In this document: positions 39,933 to 53,138 of the stretch, piece by piece | Layout of the letters: each line of letters starts with the position of its first letter | Numbering within the stretch: position 1 is the stretch's first letter | Source: Pelomyxa schiedti | Lineage: Eukaryota > Protista > Evosea | Assembly: GCA_020536535.1 (NCBI GenBank) | Contig: JAHLWZ010000306.1 | Coordinates: 1-64,000, forward strand | DNA length: 64,000 nt | Reading direction: 5' to 3' | Program-made: the position numbers and the translations under genes | The notes under the pieces: generated by a model | Databases searched by the model: none | Told to the model about the DNA's origin: nothing | The model's input: the letters and a program-made list of their open reading frames with translations, nothing else

Positions 39933-42536
39933 TCAGTCTAGGCCAGACCCAACAGCGGAGGTTGAGGTGGATGATGTTGTTGTCGTTGAGGCTGATGATG
40001 TGATGGCAAGAACGGGGTGGTAATCGGCTTGGTTTCTTAGGAACGCTTCGAGTCTCTGCTGCTCCTTTTTTTTCTCTTCGATGATGGCGCGGTCTCGGGC
40101 AATTTCCTCTTCTATGAGCTTCAGGGAGCGCTCGGCCGAAATCGTTTCGAGAACTGTTGTGAGTGAGTTTGGTTGAATGGTCCCAACTGCTTGGGGAGAA
40201 TGAATACCTTGGGAGGCCGGTTGCCACACCACTACGCCGGTTTTGGTGTGAACTTCGAAGGAGCTCGCCGCCTTGGCATTTGCAATTTCTTTGGGGTCAA
40301 CGTCATGGCAGAACTGATGTTGCTCTCCTCTGAGAGCGTCTAGCATACACTTAGCATGCTCATCCTTCAGAGATTCAATTTGCACGGTGAGTTCATCTCG
40401 AAGCTCTTCCAGTGTTCTCTGTTATAACTTAAGTTAGCTTTTATTGTTTTCCGTGAAAACGCATACCACTTCTTCTTTTTGTGCAACCAGAGCTTCCTTA
40501 TCTCTCTCTGTTGGCTTCTGTCTTGTTTTTATTAGCTGAGTTTGCCTGTGCTTTTCGGCTTCCACTCCTGCCTTGAGCCGACTCAATTGGTAATTGCAGT
40601 CTGCTTGCCTTACAGCTGTAGCCATATGTAAGAGGAAAACCTACAACCCAAAATTTCTTCTCCATTTCTCGTAATAGAGAAAGGGTCATACTTAGTTCTC
40701 GTAGGAGTGCAATAATCTGATCGCGGATGTAATTGAGCTCTGTTCCATGTGCAAGGAAATACTCGCTTCCTCGAGAATTGATATTCTGGAGATGGTCTGA
40801 TTACTTTATCTTATGCTTTTCCTCACACCTCTTTGCAGATATACAGTAAATTTATTGCCTTCTCGACACACTTCCAGGATTCTATCCTCGCATTGCAATC
40901 TCCGTTCTAATGTAAGGGAAAGTTAGTTTCCTAAAGGTATTGCATCAGTCTCCTCACCCGAGTCAAAAGCTGATTTTTGCGCGTTTGGGCAACTGCAAGC
41001 TTCCCTGCCTTTTCCAGATGCAACGTGCCCGTCTCCGGGGTTATTTGTTTTTCAATAAATGCAAGCTCACGTGAATCGCTTATATTCTGTGCTATTTGAC
41101 ATCTGTTCCTTTCCTTTGAACCAAAGTGAGTAACTTCCTTCCCAAAAATTTGATGGTTCAACAATTAAAAAATACCAGAAGTTCATGAATGATTGCTTCT
41201 ATAATCTTAGCATCTCTCTCCCCCTTTTCACGTTTTTGCATTAGAAACATCTGCCTTGCCTTCAATTTATTGAGCGTCTCTTCCAACTCACTCTCCACCT
41301 TGGAGCAACCTTGTTCAACGCACCTTTTTTTCCCACGTTACCAAGGGAAGGCAAGAGGTATAACTTGGCTCACTTTAGGTCTTCAGAGTCCATTGATAAC
41401 TCCACTTCCAAAGATCTTATTTCTGCAGAAGTAGCAATGAGCATTTCGTCAACAGAGGGCCCTTTCATCCTATTTATCTGGTTTTAGTTTATTAGAGAAG
41501 TACTTCTCGCCACTAACTCAAAACAGGCATTGTCCCCGGCGTTTTTGTGGATTGCATCCAGCTCAGAGCGATCTTGAACAGCTTCGTTCCACCGTAAAAG
41601 TAAATTCTTATCAGCCTCTGACCACTATACATTTCGTACAAAGTAAGCTTTTATATTGACCAGTGGTTAATTACCTCCTCTTGCTTCTCAAGAGGGTCAA
41701 TTGTTTCGGAAGCGGTTTTGGCATCTGCATATCTCTTCTGGATAGGAACAACTGTCGCCTGGTGAACCTTTGTCAATGTGGCATCTAACTCTGGCACTGT
41801 TGCCAACTGCATCGATGAGTTAATTGTACTTCCACCCCCACAACAACAGTCCCAGCACCAAATTGTGCACCACCCACACACCAGAAAATACCAATCTCAG
41901 GCACAATCNNNNNNNNNNTCCCCCCCCCCCCCCCCCCCCCCCCCCCCCATTTTTTCCCTCGTTATGCATGGTATAGCTACTTGCCAGTACGACAACATCG
42001 GCAACTCTGGTCAGGTTTCTAAGGATACCGTCGGACTGTTCGTCATCTCTGACGTACTTGGTTCGCTGCAAAGCCTCCTTTGCTGATGTCAGAAACGACT
42101 TCAGCGCAATTACAAGCTCTCCAACTGGGCTGTTGGGTGCAACATGCTGCAAAGATCATATTGAAAAAGGTAAGCAAAAATCCCGAAAGTACGGGACCCT
42201 CCCGCAACAGGTAAGAGGTTAAATAAATACTTATATTTACGAGTAGTTATTTAAATCTCATGCAGTTAGATATAAGAGCCAGAGATAACACCTTACCTCA
42301 GGGAGCACAAGTTTAAGAGTCAGAGCATCGAATCCAGGGAGCTCTAGGGTTGTTGATCTCTCAACAAATTGATTCTCCCGAACAGCGGTTCCTGCGAGAA
42401 CATCCGTATCCAGGGTGCTTGGAATGATAGGAACTTCTTCTGGAGGAGGGAACTTATTTCGGTATGCCTCGATTGCAGAATCTGTCACAGATACTGCCTT
42501 CTCATGTTTCTGCAGCAGTGCTGCAAGATCGCTCAT
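39933..42536 (-). CDS. Hypothetical coiled-coil protein, multi-exon
   Basis: Chain of E/K/Q-rich exons joined by GT-AG introns; no recognisable domain. Confidence 0.55.
41909..41918. other. Small gap (10 N) beside a poly-C tract
   Basis: N run next to a long C homopolymer. Confidence 0.95.
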
Positions 42537-42962
42537 GGGGAACTCGTCTTTTCATGTGGTGAGGAATATGAGTCAAAACGGTGAAGTCACGATACCAAAG
42601 CGTGCAAATACGGGACCCAGAAGGGCGCCCAGGAATTCCTCTCCACATGACGTGTTTGTCGACATTGCTTTTCCCTTTTGCTTTCTGTGTTCCTTTCGTT
42701 GTTTGCGTGTTCCTTTTTTTTTTTTTGTTTTTTGCTGTGTTTTCTGAAAAAAACTGAGTTGGTTCCAAGTGGGTCTCTCATCAACTTAGTTGCGTCTCCT
42801 TGTTGATGTCACTCTGCCTCAGTCTGATTAAGTGAGGTCCCGCACCACTTTCTCGGGACACCCCTTTTCGTAGGGGTCACCAGTCTCTGCGCCACCTTCC
42901 TATCCTGAAACTCTCACCCCTGACTGTAACAAAGATACACTACAATATATCCCCAACACTCA

Positions 42963-45900
42963 ATGAAGCCCATCGCCTTAAGCCACGAGGCCAACCGAGC
43001 CGTCGCAGGCGGAAACCTCCACGCAGAGACTGAGGCTGCAACGGCCGCCGCCACCAGATCCGATTCCTCGCCACCTGCCAATGCCGGCATTGTGGGCCAC
43101 CTTTTGGTGGGCCTCGACGTGGGCAGCACGACGGTCAAGTTGGTCGCGATGGCGCAGCAGATTCGACCTGCCTCTACAGAACCAACTTACTGGCCTGTCT
43201 ACAACCATGAACAAATACCGACAACGAATTCGCCTGTGGGTAGATCCATTTCGTATACTTCGACGACTACGGCTGCGGCGAGGGCGGACCCAACGCCCAT
43301 AATCACGCCTCAGCAAGGGAACGCGCACACCACTACATCGCTGGTGGACGAGTTTCTGGGCAGCCTCGAGTTTACCACCGTATTTGAGTGCTATAAAAGG
43401 CACAGATATGACGTCAATGGCACTGTATTGGAAGCTTTCCGCGAGTTTTTTGACGCGCTGCCGGACGTAACGCAGCGATACCAGACTGCTCAGAAAATAT
43501 TACGGGATACTTTTTCACGAATTTCCGGAATCACAGTCGATTTGGGGGAATCTGAACATCCTCCTTCTTCAATGGCACACAATTCACACGAAAATACAAA
43601 TGCAACTGCATCAAGTGACATTAAGGAGGAAAACTATGAACAGTGCCTGTTTACAACAGCATGTGTGACTGGCTCATGTGGAATGCAACTGGCAGAGGCA
43701 CTTGGCCTCCCATTTGTTCATGGTAGGTGGTCTTTCTCTATCACCTTAAGAACTGCATATGTTGTTTATTTATTTGCCCTAAGAGATACAGAGGTTGTTG
43801 CTTGTGCTGAAGCCGTAAGAAAATTGATTCAGCAACACGTTGATGTAGCCATAGAGCTTGGTGGTGAAGATGCAAAAATCATGCGCTTCACAGAAAATAG
43901 TATGGATACGCAAATGAATAGTACTTGTGCTGCAGGTACGAAGTTCAGGGTCAATAGGGTATTGCCTAGTAGTACTAATATCACCAAGGCACCGGGGCAT
44001 TTATCGATCAAATGGCTGCCCTGCTCCAAACTGACGCTGCTGGCTTGAACGCCTTCGCTTTAGAACACAAATCTATCCACCCAATTGCTGCACGTTGTGC
44101 TGTTTTTGCCAAGACGGATGTCCAGACTCTCCTAAGTGAGGGAGCAACAAAAGAAGACATTTCTGCTTCTGTTTTGCAGGCAGTAGCTGTTCAAGCAATT
44201 GGGGGATTATCTGGTGGACGCCGATTATCTGGAAATGTTGTGATGCTAGGGGGTCCAATGCATTTTTTACCTGGCCTGAGGGAGGCTGTATGTTCAGTGG
44301 CCATGACTGCCGGAGCACAAAATGCGTTTACACCACCCCATGCACACGCAATGGTGTGCAGTGGGGCAGCTCTCCATGGATATGGCAAATTTTCTCCAAT
44401 GCCTCTGTCTTTTTTGTTAAGGAGAGTGGATCGCTATTTTAGTGGAATTGGAAATTCCAGTTTGCAAGTGGAAAGCTCAATTCCGTCCCAGAGGTTGCCA
44501 CCTCTATTTACATGTGAAGACGAGTTGATAGCATTTCAGCAAAGGCATTCCTTGCATTCAGCCAAACGAGGAAATATTGAAGCAACATCTGGACCACTCT
44601 TCATTGGCATAGACTCAGGCTCAACAACCTTCAAAACCGCAGTCATCGACTGCCACGGCAATCTACTACATACAATCTACAGTTCTCATCGAGGAGAAAC
44701 CATGTCCACAGCAGTGACTGCACTGGCAGAAATACAGAAACTCATAGGATACGTCAGCACGGGTTCATTCTTCGCTGCAGCTTGTGCCACAGGCTACAGT
44801 GAACAGCTCATCAAAAAAGCTTTCCGGGTTGAATATGGTGTTGTGGAGACAATGGCACACCTTAAAGCTGCGAAATTTCTTCACCCAGATGCAGATTTTG
44901 TTCTGGTTTGTGACTAAATAAATATTATCATTTTTTTCTTATTTCCTCAGGATATAGGTGGACAAGACATGAAATGTATTTCAATTTCAGAAGATGGGGT
45001 GATAAAAGACATGTTCCTGAACGAAGCTTGTTCTTCTGGCTGTGGATCTTTCATACAATCAGTCGCCAATGTACTGGGCCTCACAATTGAAAAATTCGTT
45101 GAAGCTGGATTGAAAAGCCGATCTCCAGTAGACCTAGGGACACGATGCACAGTATTCATGAACTCCAGGTAGCTCTGTTTAGTCCTTCACTGTGCCGGTT
45201 TCAAACAAGAGTTTTCTACTTTGGCAGAATTAAGCAAGCTCAACAAGATGGTGCCTCCCTGGAAGACATCTCGGCGGGACTTGCCATCTCTGTTGTCAAA
45301 AACGCACTGTTTAAAGTTATGAGAGTTCGATCTATGACTTCACTCGGAAAGAGGATAGTTGTGCAAGGCGGGATGTTTTTGAATGATGCCGTTCTTCGCG
45401 CTCTGGAGATAGTAGCAGGTGTGGAAGTTATTCGGCCAGATATTGCAGGCAATATGGGTGCCTTTGGAGCGGCATTAGAAGCCAAAGCCATGTGGGAAAA
45501 GCAGTTAATGGTATAGTGTCCACCTCTGTTCTTCTATCTGACTGAGGGAGAGCAGACACAACAACAAGAGCAGACAAATTGTCCTGTAGCACATTCTACC
45601 TTTTTATCATTGGATGAATTGACAGCATTAAAGTGGAAGTCCGTAAACCGTCGCTGTTGCAAATGTACCAATAACTGGTTGTCCAGCCTACTTTTGTTTC
45701 TCTTTCTTTAAGTAACCTTTACAGTCTGCTCACAATCCAAAAATTCCATCACATAAATTCCACTACAGAACATATTTCGGGGAACAGATGTTCCTTGGGA
45801 AGCATGAACTTTGATAATCCGCAACACCCACCGTGTGCTTCACCTCAACTATCTCTCAACTTCCACAGTACCGGCACTTCACATCCTCTAAGCAACATGT

Positions 45901-48900
45901 TTGAGTGGCAACGAAGACGTGTTTTCCGCATAGCAGACCCAACTCCGCCAGCACGATGCAGAGGTAGTGTCGGAATACCTCGAGCACTTCAGTTTTATGA
46001 TGAGTTTCCCTTTTGGGAAGCTGTTTTCAGAGCACTACGGTTTGAGGTATTGTTGTCCCGCGAGAGCTCGGACAATCTCTTCTCCATGGGATTGAGCAGC
46101 ATACCAGTATGCACGCTTTTCGTATAGCATTTCCATTTAGAACTGCAGGTGGATGGATGTTGCCTCCCAATCAAACTCCTTCATGGTCATCTTGTGGACC
46201 TGATAAAAAATGGCAGAGCAAATTTTATACTTCTCCCTTGTGAGCCAATGGCTGCCAAAGACATTCCTTCTTCCAGTGGAAGCCCCTTCGAGAGAGCTCT
46301 TTCTGCAACTGAATATGACTATCAATATGGATCCACATCGGTGCTGAATCACTGTCCACTGTTAAGTGGTTACCATAATGTCATTGCCAGCAATTTAGAT
46401 ACTGCTCAAGCTCACTTTTTGCATCCTGCTGCTCCATTGTTTGATCTATCAGCAGCAGCTCAACATCTTTATGTGCAACTTGCACCTTATTTTTCTGGTT
46501 TGTCCTTCCCAATTGGGTATTTATTGTTTCACATCCTGTGACAGATATTACAAAGAGAGAAGTTTCGTCTGCAATGAAAGCGGGTGCATTGGCTCAGCAG
46601 TGTTACCGCGATGATATAAAACGTGCAGGTGAGGAGGCACTAAGATACATGAGACAGAGTGGTGCAAATGGAGTTGTTTTAGCATGTCGACCTTATCACC
46701 TTGATCCCTGGTTTGGGGCAAACAGTGTCGCTCGAATGTTGACTGCATGGGGGTATTGGGTCCTAACTTGTGAAAGCATAGTTCATCTGCAGCCAGATAA
46801 AAAAACCAAGGCAACACAAGGATGGCCTGGATGGCGACTTCTCAACACATTTGTGTACGATTCCAGAGTCCTCCATTCTGCCTTGGCTGTTGTGCAGGCT
46901 GTAGATTTGTTACTTGTGCATTTTATGTCGTTTGGATGCAGCATCTCCCCTGAGACAGATGACGAAATTAAGGTTAAACTTCCTTTTGTCTTCCATATCC
47001 CAAATTCATTTCACGTCAAGGCACTGTTCAGATACTTCAACCACCCACATTGTGCAATTAAAATTGATCAAAATGCTAATATGGCTTCACTGCGAGTACG
47101 AGTTCGTTCCCTCCTTGCTACGTGGGAAGAGCAGCGAGCACAGAAAATGGGTGCTTCGTTGACAGCTTCATCTCTTGCCTCTCGAACTTCCACAAGCAAC
47201 ACAACTATCTCTACTTGCACAAGCACTGGGATTACCACCAAAGCATCAGTAAGCTCCCTGCGTCCAATTCCTTATCGAGCAGATTCATGTTGCAAGGCAC
47301 CTACAACCATTCTCTTCATGGTACTATTTTACCATAAATACTTTGCTATAATTCATGGAACTTTCATCAATTACTAGAATTTCTCTCCTGAGCACACGAA
47401 ATTGTATGCCACTGCTTTTAATACCGGTGGTTACCATTCCATACCCTGCCCTGATATTCCTGAAGTGGCTCGTAATGAATTGGCAATGCGTTACATACAT
47501 CCTGATGTATGTTATGGAGTGAGTATAGTGGTTGGTTCGTGGTTGTATGCACTACTGAATGGCTTAGTGGATCCCAATAATACTGATGTAATGTAGAGTT
47601 GCTCTTTTATCAACGGGTTTTTTCCAAAATCAACAAATCTCAGGTGGATACATATGGGTGGATCCTGCACATCTAGGCGTATGGCCTGGTTTGCTCGGGA
47701 TGCTTTTGATAGGGCTGGTTTCCCACAAGTTGGTGTATTCTCCATTGATTGCTCAGGTAGATCAATTAGCCAGGATTGGTACTAACTTGAAACAGCAACT
47801 GTAAATCCAGCTTATACCTTGGGTCAGACTCTCCGTATTAATATGGGTCTAGCATGGGGTGACGCACTTTCTATGGTATCATCTACTCCTACCGACATTT
47901 TGTTAAAGAGTACAGGTTTTGTATCGCACTCGGCCCTATGAACTTATCCCCAACAGTGCTAATACACTACACCAAACTTGGATGGAGCGTGCCTTGGCCA
48001 GTGTAAGTACAGGCAGTCCTGTACTTTTCAGTTCTCTGGTTCACGAAATGGTGAAGGATTTTGAGGCCCTTCCCCTGTGGACAGAGACACATGACAAACC
48101 TAGAGTGGGACTTGTTGGCTTGATGTGCAAGGTCTTATCATTCTATTTATTACGGAAATTTATATATATTAGGCAGATCCTGTAAAATACAATTGGTTAC
48201 TGCGATTCCTAGAGGAAGAGCAGCAGTGCGAAGTAGCACCATTTTTTTTCACTGAATACAGTGAAGTTGCTGGGTACAACAATGTGGCGAATCATAACTA
48301 TTTTGCTTCTGATACTGGGAAGTGGCTGGGTGGGGCTGCGTGCAGGTTTATTGGTATCTTACTGCATCTCATTGACATTCATTAGGAAGGTCATTTGCTT
48401 ATTCAGAAATCCTGTGCTCTCGGCACTTGGAAAAAGCAAACGCTTCATACACCCACTCCCTCTTGAGAATTTGGAAAATTTGGCAAAGCGGTTTGTATCT
48501 CCACTTCACCAAGCCGGAGAAGGCTGGCTTATTGTAGCACAAATTCTGCAGCACCTACAGAACGGAGTCAGTAACATCGTTGTAACTGCGCCGTATGGAA
48601 ACACTTTGAAACTGCCAATTGACTAATTCTTGTTCTTAAGGTCTGGGTGCCTCCCTATTCACATAGGAGGCAGAGGCATGATGAAAGCTATTCAGGAACA
48701 ATACCCACAAGCGAATATAGTTGTTCTAGGTTTTGCCACTCTTCACTTACACCCAAGTAACCTTTCTTTTTCTTACAGATTATGATAGCTCCGCTAGCTT
48801 TATTCACCAGTTGAACAGAATCAAGGTAGATAGGAAAAAGCCACAACTTTCCCAATTAGTTAACACAGCAATAGTTGATGCTGTGGTGTGCCAAGGACAA

Positions 48901-49084
48901 ACCGGTACCACCACACCGCCAATTGTGTTCCCCACGTGATATTGAGGACAGTCTCTTATCTTTAGTGGATGGCCCACCCCCGCCTCATCACGGGGCACCA
49001 CCCAGCACAACTTGTTCCTCTGGAATTCCGGAATGCACTCACTGTTCCGGCTCATCCCATTGCAAGCTGACGATGGGACTATGA
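42963..49084 (+). CDS. plsA: Fused CoA-activase/reductase: 2x BadF/BadG/BcrA/BcrD ATPase + DUF2229 + HgdD-like; PlsA(R)/Ger anaerobic plasmalogen/ether-lipid synthase family; multi-exon
   Basis: Act1 [47 protein letters not shown]; Act2 [50 protein letters not shown]; CCKCTNN-C..SGNRC; [37 protein letters not shown]; [44 protein letters not shown]. Confidence 0.85.
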
Positions 49085-49184
49085 CTGTTATTGTAACCTC
49101 TTCTTATTGAATTAGTATGTTGATAAACGAGTGTTTCCTCTAGAGGATTTTTTTTTCTTTTAATAAGGGTGACACACAAGGTTC

Positions 49185-50481
49185 TCAGAGTTTACTGAGA
49201 CCATTTCTGTGTTTTGCAGTGAGAAATACGCGTTTTCCTGATGTTGCACTCTTCTCTGCCAAATCAACCAGCACAGCTGTTGCCACACAGCTACGTTCAG
49301 TACTCTTGCGCGGAATATTTTCACCTCTGACCACTCTGGAGAAGTACTCCACTTCACTGCTGAATGCAGCAAGGTACCGGTCCATGAATGTGTGGTGAAC
49401 CTCTTCCTTGCCGGTTTCCAGAGTGTTTCCAGTGTTGTTGTACACCCTGGCGTAGTTCTCGTATTTTCCATCCCCGTACCGTGTGGCTTCCATGTAGACA
49501 AATCGTCCCCCTGTGTATTGGAGAATGCACGTGGCACTGGTGAAGATTCCAACACCGGTACTGTCTTTGCCGTGTGCCTCAATGCTCACTGGCATTTCTT
49601 CCTGAATGAGGGTTATGGATTAAATAGAATTCATAGGTGAACCTTCATGAACATGCATGCTAGATTGAAATCGTGGCACATAAGGTCTTGAAATATGGAG
49701 CCCAATGTTTTGAGAAACGCTGGAGCCATGTGTGGGAAATCATTGGAGACAAGGTGCAGTGCGCAGACGTCTACTGGCTTTGTCAACACCGTCTTATATA
49801 GTGCTGAATAGCCTTGGTCGGATCGCCTCATCCAGCCACAAAGAAGTTCCACACCTATTGCATATGGGTTGGAAATGACAGGCACAAAAAGCGGACAAAA
49901 CCAAATATAAAAGAAAACGGAGAGGGAAAAATGGAACTGTACTGCTTCAGCAGTAACTCTTTCCATCACAGTTGCGAAAATACCTCTAGCTTTACACATG
50001 GCATAGCACTGTTTGACTTGCGCAGCAGTATATGCTATAGGTTTCTCACAGTATACAAATCGCGTTCTATTCACCGCTACACCAACATTTAACATTAAAC
50101 AATAAAAATAATAACAATAACAATATTATAAACGATATATTTGGTTGTTAGAAAATATTTATAGTATTAATAATAATAATAAGAAAAAAAAAACTAACCC
50201 TTCTCGATCATTGCAGGGTGGTATTTTGTAGGGCAGGAAATCCAAACGGCGTCAAACTGGACATTAACGTCCTCCAACGCAGCGAAAGCCGTCGGGTGCC
50301 CTGGCTTCCCGCTGTTGGCCCAAACCTCGTTTCCGCGATCGCTCTCAACGACGGCGACGCATCTTACGTGGGGCGACCGCGAAAAAAGGCCCAGGCGGAA
50401 TGTGCCGATTCGACCTGCGCCGATCTGGCACAGCCGAACGGGCGTGAGGGTGGTTGTGGTAGTCGAGGTTGTGCTGGCCAT
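49185..50481 (-). CDS. Gfo/Idh/MocA oxidoreductase (myo-inositol dehydrogenase IolG-like)
   Basis: IGAGRIG Rossmann motif, DAVWISCPT, YCEKPI, GWMRRSD, IFQDLMCHDF, FMDRYLAAF. Confidence 0.85.
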
Positions 50482-50994
50482 GGCGCTGTTATTATGGGAT
50501 GTAACTTGGGGATGAATAGCGGCGAGGCGGACGAGACGCGGAAGCAAAGGGTTCGTTGTTGGTCGTCGTTTAAACAAAAAAAAAGGGAAGAATAGATGCA
50601 GCGATTAGATAAGCGAGAAGGTACACCAAACTGCGAAACGGAAAAAAAAGGCAGTCGATCTGTTGTGGTTTTCTCTCCAAGGAGCCCGAGGCCGCGATTC
50701 GGAACAAAGGCTTCGTACTGAAGCGATACCACACCGTGGATTCCAAGCTCTCTGGAAGTTCGAACAATTCTCCTCTGCAAGATTTTCCTCTGGGAAAAAG
50801 AGGGGAAAAAGAAGTCTCATTCCAGAGAAAAGATTGCGCTTCCCCTCATTCCCGGGATCTTTGGGTTTCAATCCCCGCCGGCCCTCTCACAGGGACTCTC
50901 GCTGCACAGCCCGAACATCTAAACTGCCCGACAGTTCCACCCCTTGAACCGGCATTCCAACCGATTCCACTCACACCAAAAACAAAGCGATCGA

Positions 50995-52097
50995 ATGATT
51001 TGGCAAGCCGAGCCACACAGCGGGGCGCCGTCCACGACGTCGGCGTGGTCCTCCTCCCCCTCCTCGACGCCGTTCACCGAGGCCGCCCTGTGCAGCGGCC
51101 GCGGCCTGGTCGTCGAGGGCGTCCTGGTCTCCTGCCGCGTCCACGTCCTCACCGTCCCCTCTTCCCCCTCGTCCTCCTCTACTTCGACTAGTACTACAGC
51201 CAGCAGCAGTGGGGGCCTTAGGTCGTCGTCGTCGTCGTCGGCGTCGGCGTCGGGGAGCGGGGGCCTCCCCACGAGGTTCTTTGCGGTGCAGCTCAAGGTG
51301 ACGCGGGCGTGCCGCCGCAGGTTCGACGAGGGGACAGGGCAGGAGATAATGCCGCAGGACAAGCGGGTGACGGTGGTTAGGACGGGGTACCTGACGGCCA
51401 ACAGGACCGTCGTGGACACCCCTGACGAGGTCGACCCTGCTGCCCTGAACTCTGTCATTAGGACTTTCCCTGGTAGCTTTTATTGTTCATTGTTTATTTT
51501 TGCTTTTGCTTTTGCTTTTGCTTTTGCTTTTGCTTTTGCTTTTGCTTTTGCTTTTGCTTTTGCTTTTGCATATAGCATTGGGTATTAGTTTCTTATTTAA
51601 ATGCACGTTTAAATTCAACTTTATTGATGGATTTAAGGTGCACCGCCTGAGGCCCAGCGCTCCAAACTTCATCCCAATGGTTTATTCCCCTTTATCTTAT
51701 AATTGGTTTTCTTTCTTTTTCGTTAACATTCCTTTTTTTCTCCCAGTACCCAACACATATGAGTTCTGGGTGGATTCTGCGAAGTATGTCAACTCTGACT
51801 TTGTGAAAGGAAAGAGTGTGTGCCACGTTACGTGTTTGTTGCGCTCATCTTTTCCGTTATAGGTTTCCGCCTAAAAACACGTGGTGATTCTCTTCTTGTG
51901 GAAACAATCACCGTTATGGATGACCTCACAAACACCTTGAAAGACTTTGCTGGGGACACATCACTAGGTGCTCCCTACTTGCTCCCATACTTTTCTAAAA
52001 TCTCGAATCAGGGGATTCCTTTGCATCAAAAATTGCCAAGGCAAAGGCTGCAGAAAAACCGGCTGAGCCAGAGGATGACGATGCTGATTGGTCTTGA
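50995..52097 (+). CDS. ARPIN: Arpin (Arp2/3 complex inhibitor)
   Basis: GRGLVVEGVL, RRRFD..GQEIMP, RTGYL, FWVD, RLKTRGD, DFAGD..GDSF and acidic-Trp tail EDDDADWS*, collinear with animal Arpin as recalled (GNGVLLEG, RRKFD, RLKTRGD, EDEEWDD). Confidence 0.85.
51497..51569. repeat. (TTTTGC)n microsatellite in Arpin intron 1
   Basis: About 12 perfect hexamer copies. Confidence 0.95.
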
Positions 52098-52166
52098 TTC
52101 GTTGTATTCTATGAACTTTTTTTTTCATGTACCAAAATGCCTAAGACAAAACTCTTTGTTTTTTGT

Positions 52167-53020
52167 TTACTCTATTGTTGCTGTGAGAATATAGTCGAGA
52201 TTAGGGAAATTTTGCTCAAGATAGGTATTTCCTTGAGAATAAATCAGGGCCTGTTTCCCGTGAGCTTTAACAGAAATGCGATTTTCTACCTGCTTGGGTT
52301 CTTGCTCATATTCTGCATTGACATCCAATGCTACATCAAATCCCTCTATAACATTACCAATGGGGGCAAAGCCCTTTGAAGAGGTAAGACGTTTTGCATA
52401 ATTTTATGAGACATACATCCGCATCCAAGTATGAATTGTCAGCATAGTTGATGAATAATTGAGTTGTCCGAGAATTAGGGCTGCTTGACATGGCATAGGC
52501 AAGGGTTCCCTAAAAAGTGCAATTAGAAAAAGAACCCACATCAACAGCTCAAACCCTTTCTGCCAAACAAAAAACCAGATCAACATCAACCAAACAACAC
52601 CACAAACTAGCCAAATGAGCACCCCCAGCCCATAAGCCCAAAACACAGCCAACCACCCGCCGCAACCTTCACGTTGCTCAACACGACAGGATCGTCAGGA
52701 ATATACGCCGTCTTCCACTTTGCACTGACCGCAGGGTCTCCATTTATGCCGTACTGCACCACAAAGTCCGGCACCACGCGGAACATCCCATTATTGTTGT
52801 AGTAGCACCCCTCGGGCAGCGTGAGCAGCTCGTACAGCCGGTCGACGCCGTTTGGCGACGCCGAGCGAGTGATGTTGAACTTGATGATCGACCCGTGGCC
52901 CTTGTTGACCGTGGTGTTGTACACCATCACAAAGTGGTCTGGTGCAACAACAGCTGATGCTGAGGCTGCCATCACAATGCATGTGATTGCAATGGAAAGG
53001 ACGGACGACTGTGGCTTCAT
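52167..53020 (-). CDS. Secreted cyclophilin-type peptidyl-prolyl isomerase
   Basis: Signal peptide; SPNGVDRLYEL, FRVVPDFVVQYGINGDP, DDPVVLSNVK-GTLAYA, NSRTTQLFINYADNSYLD, GFAPIG. Confidence 0.9.
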
Positions 53021-53138
53021 TGAGGCCTGTGTGTCGTTTCGTTGTGCTGCGGTTGTGTGGGGTTTTTTTTTTGGATTTTTGATTTTGTTTTTGGTTTCCA
53101 TTTTGGGTTTCTTATTGAATGATTGTACAAAACCTGGG

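Noticed and set aside
42963-50481. Bacterial contamination or endosymbiont DNA
   Set aside because: Both genes contain spliceosomal introns and are contiguous with eukaryotic genes.
51487-51672. Poly-Leu, poly-KS and poly-FA ORFs
   Set aside because: These are translations of an intronic (TTTTGC)n microsatellite.
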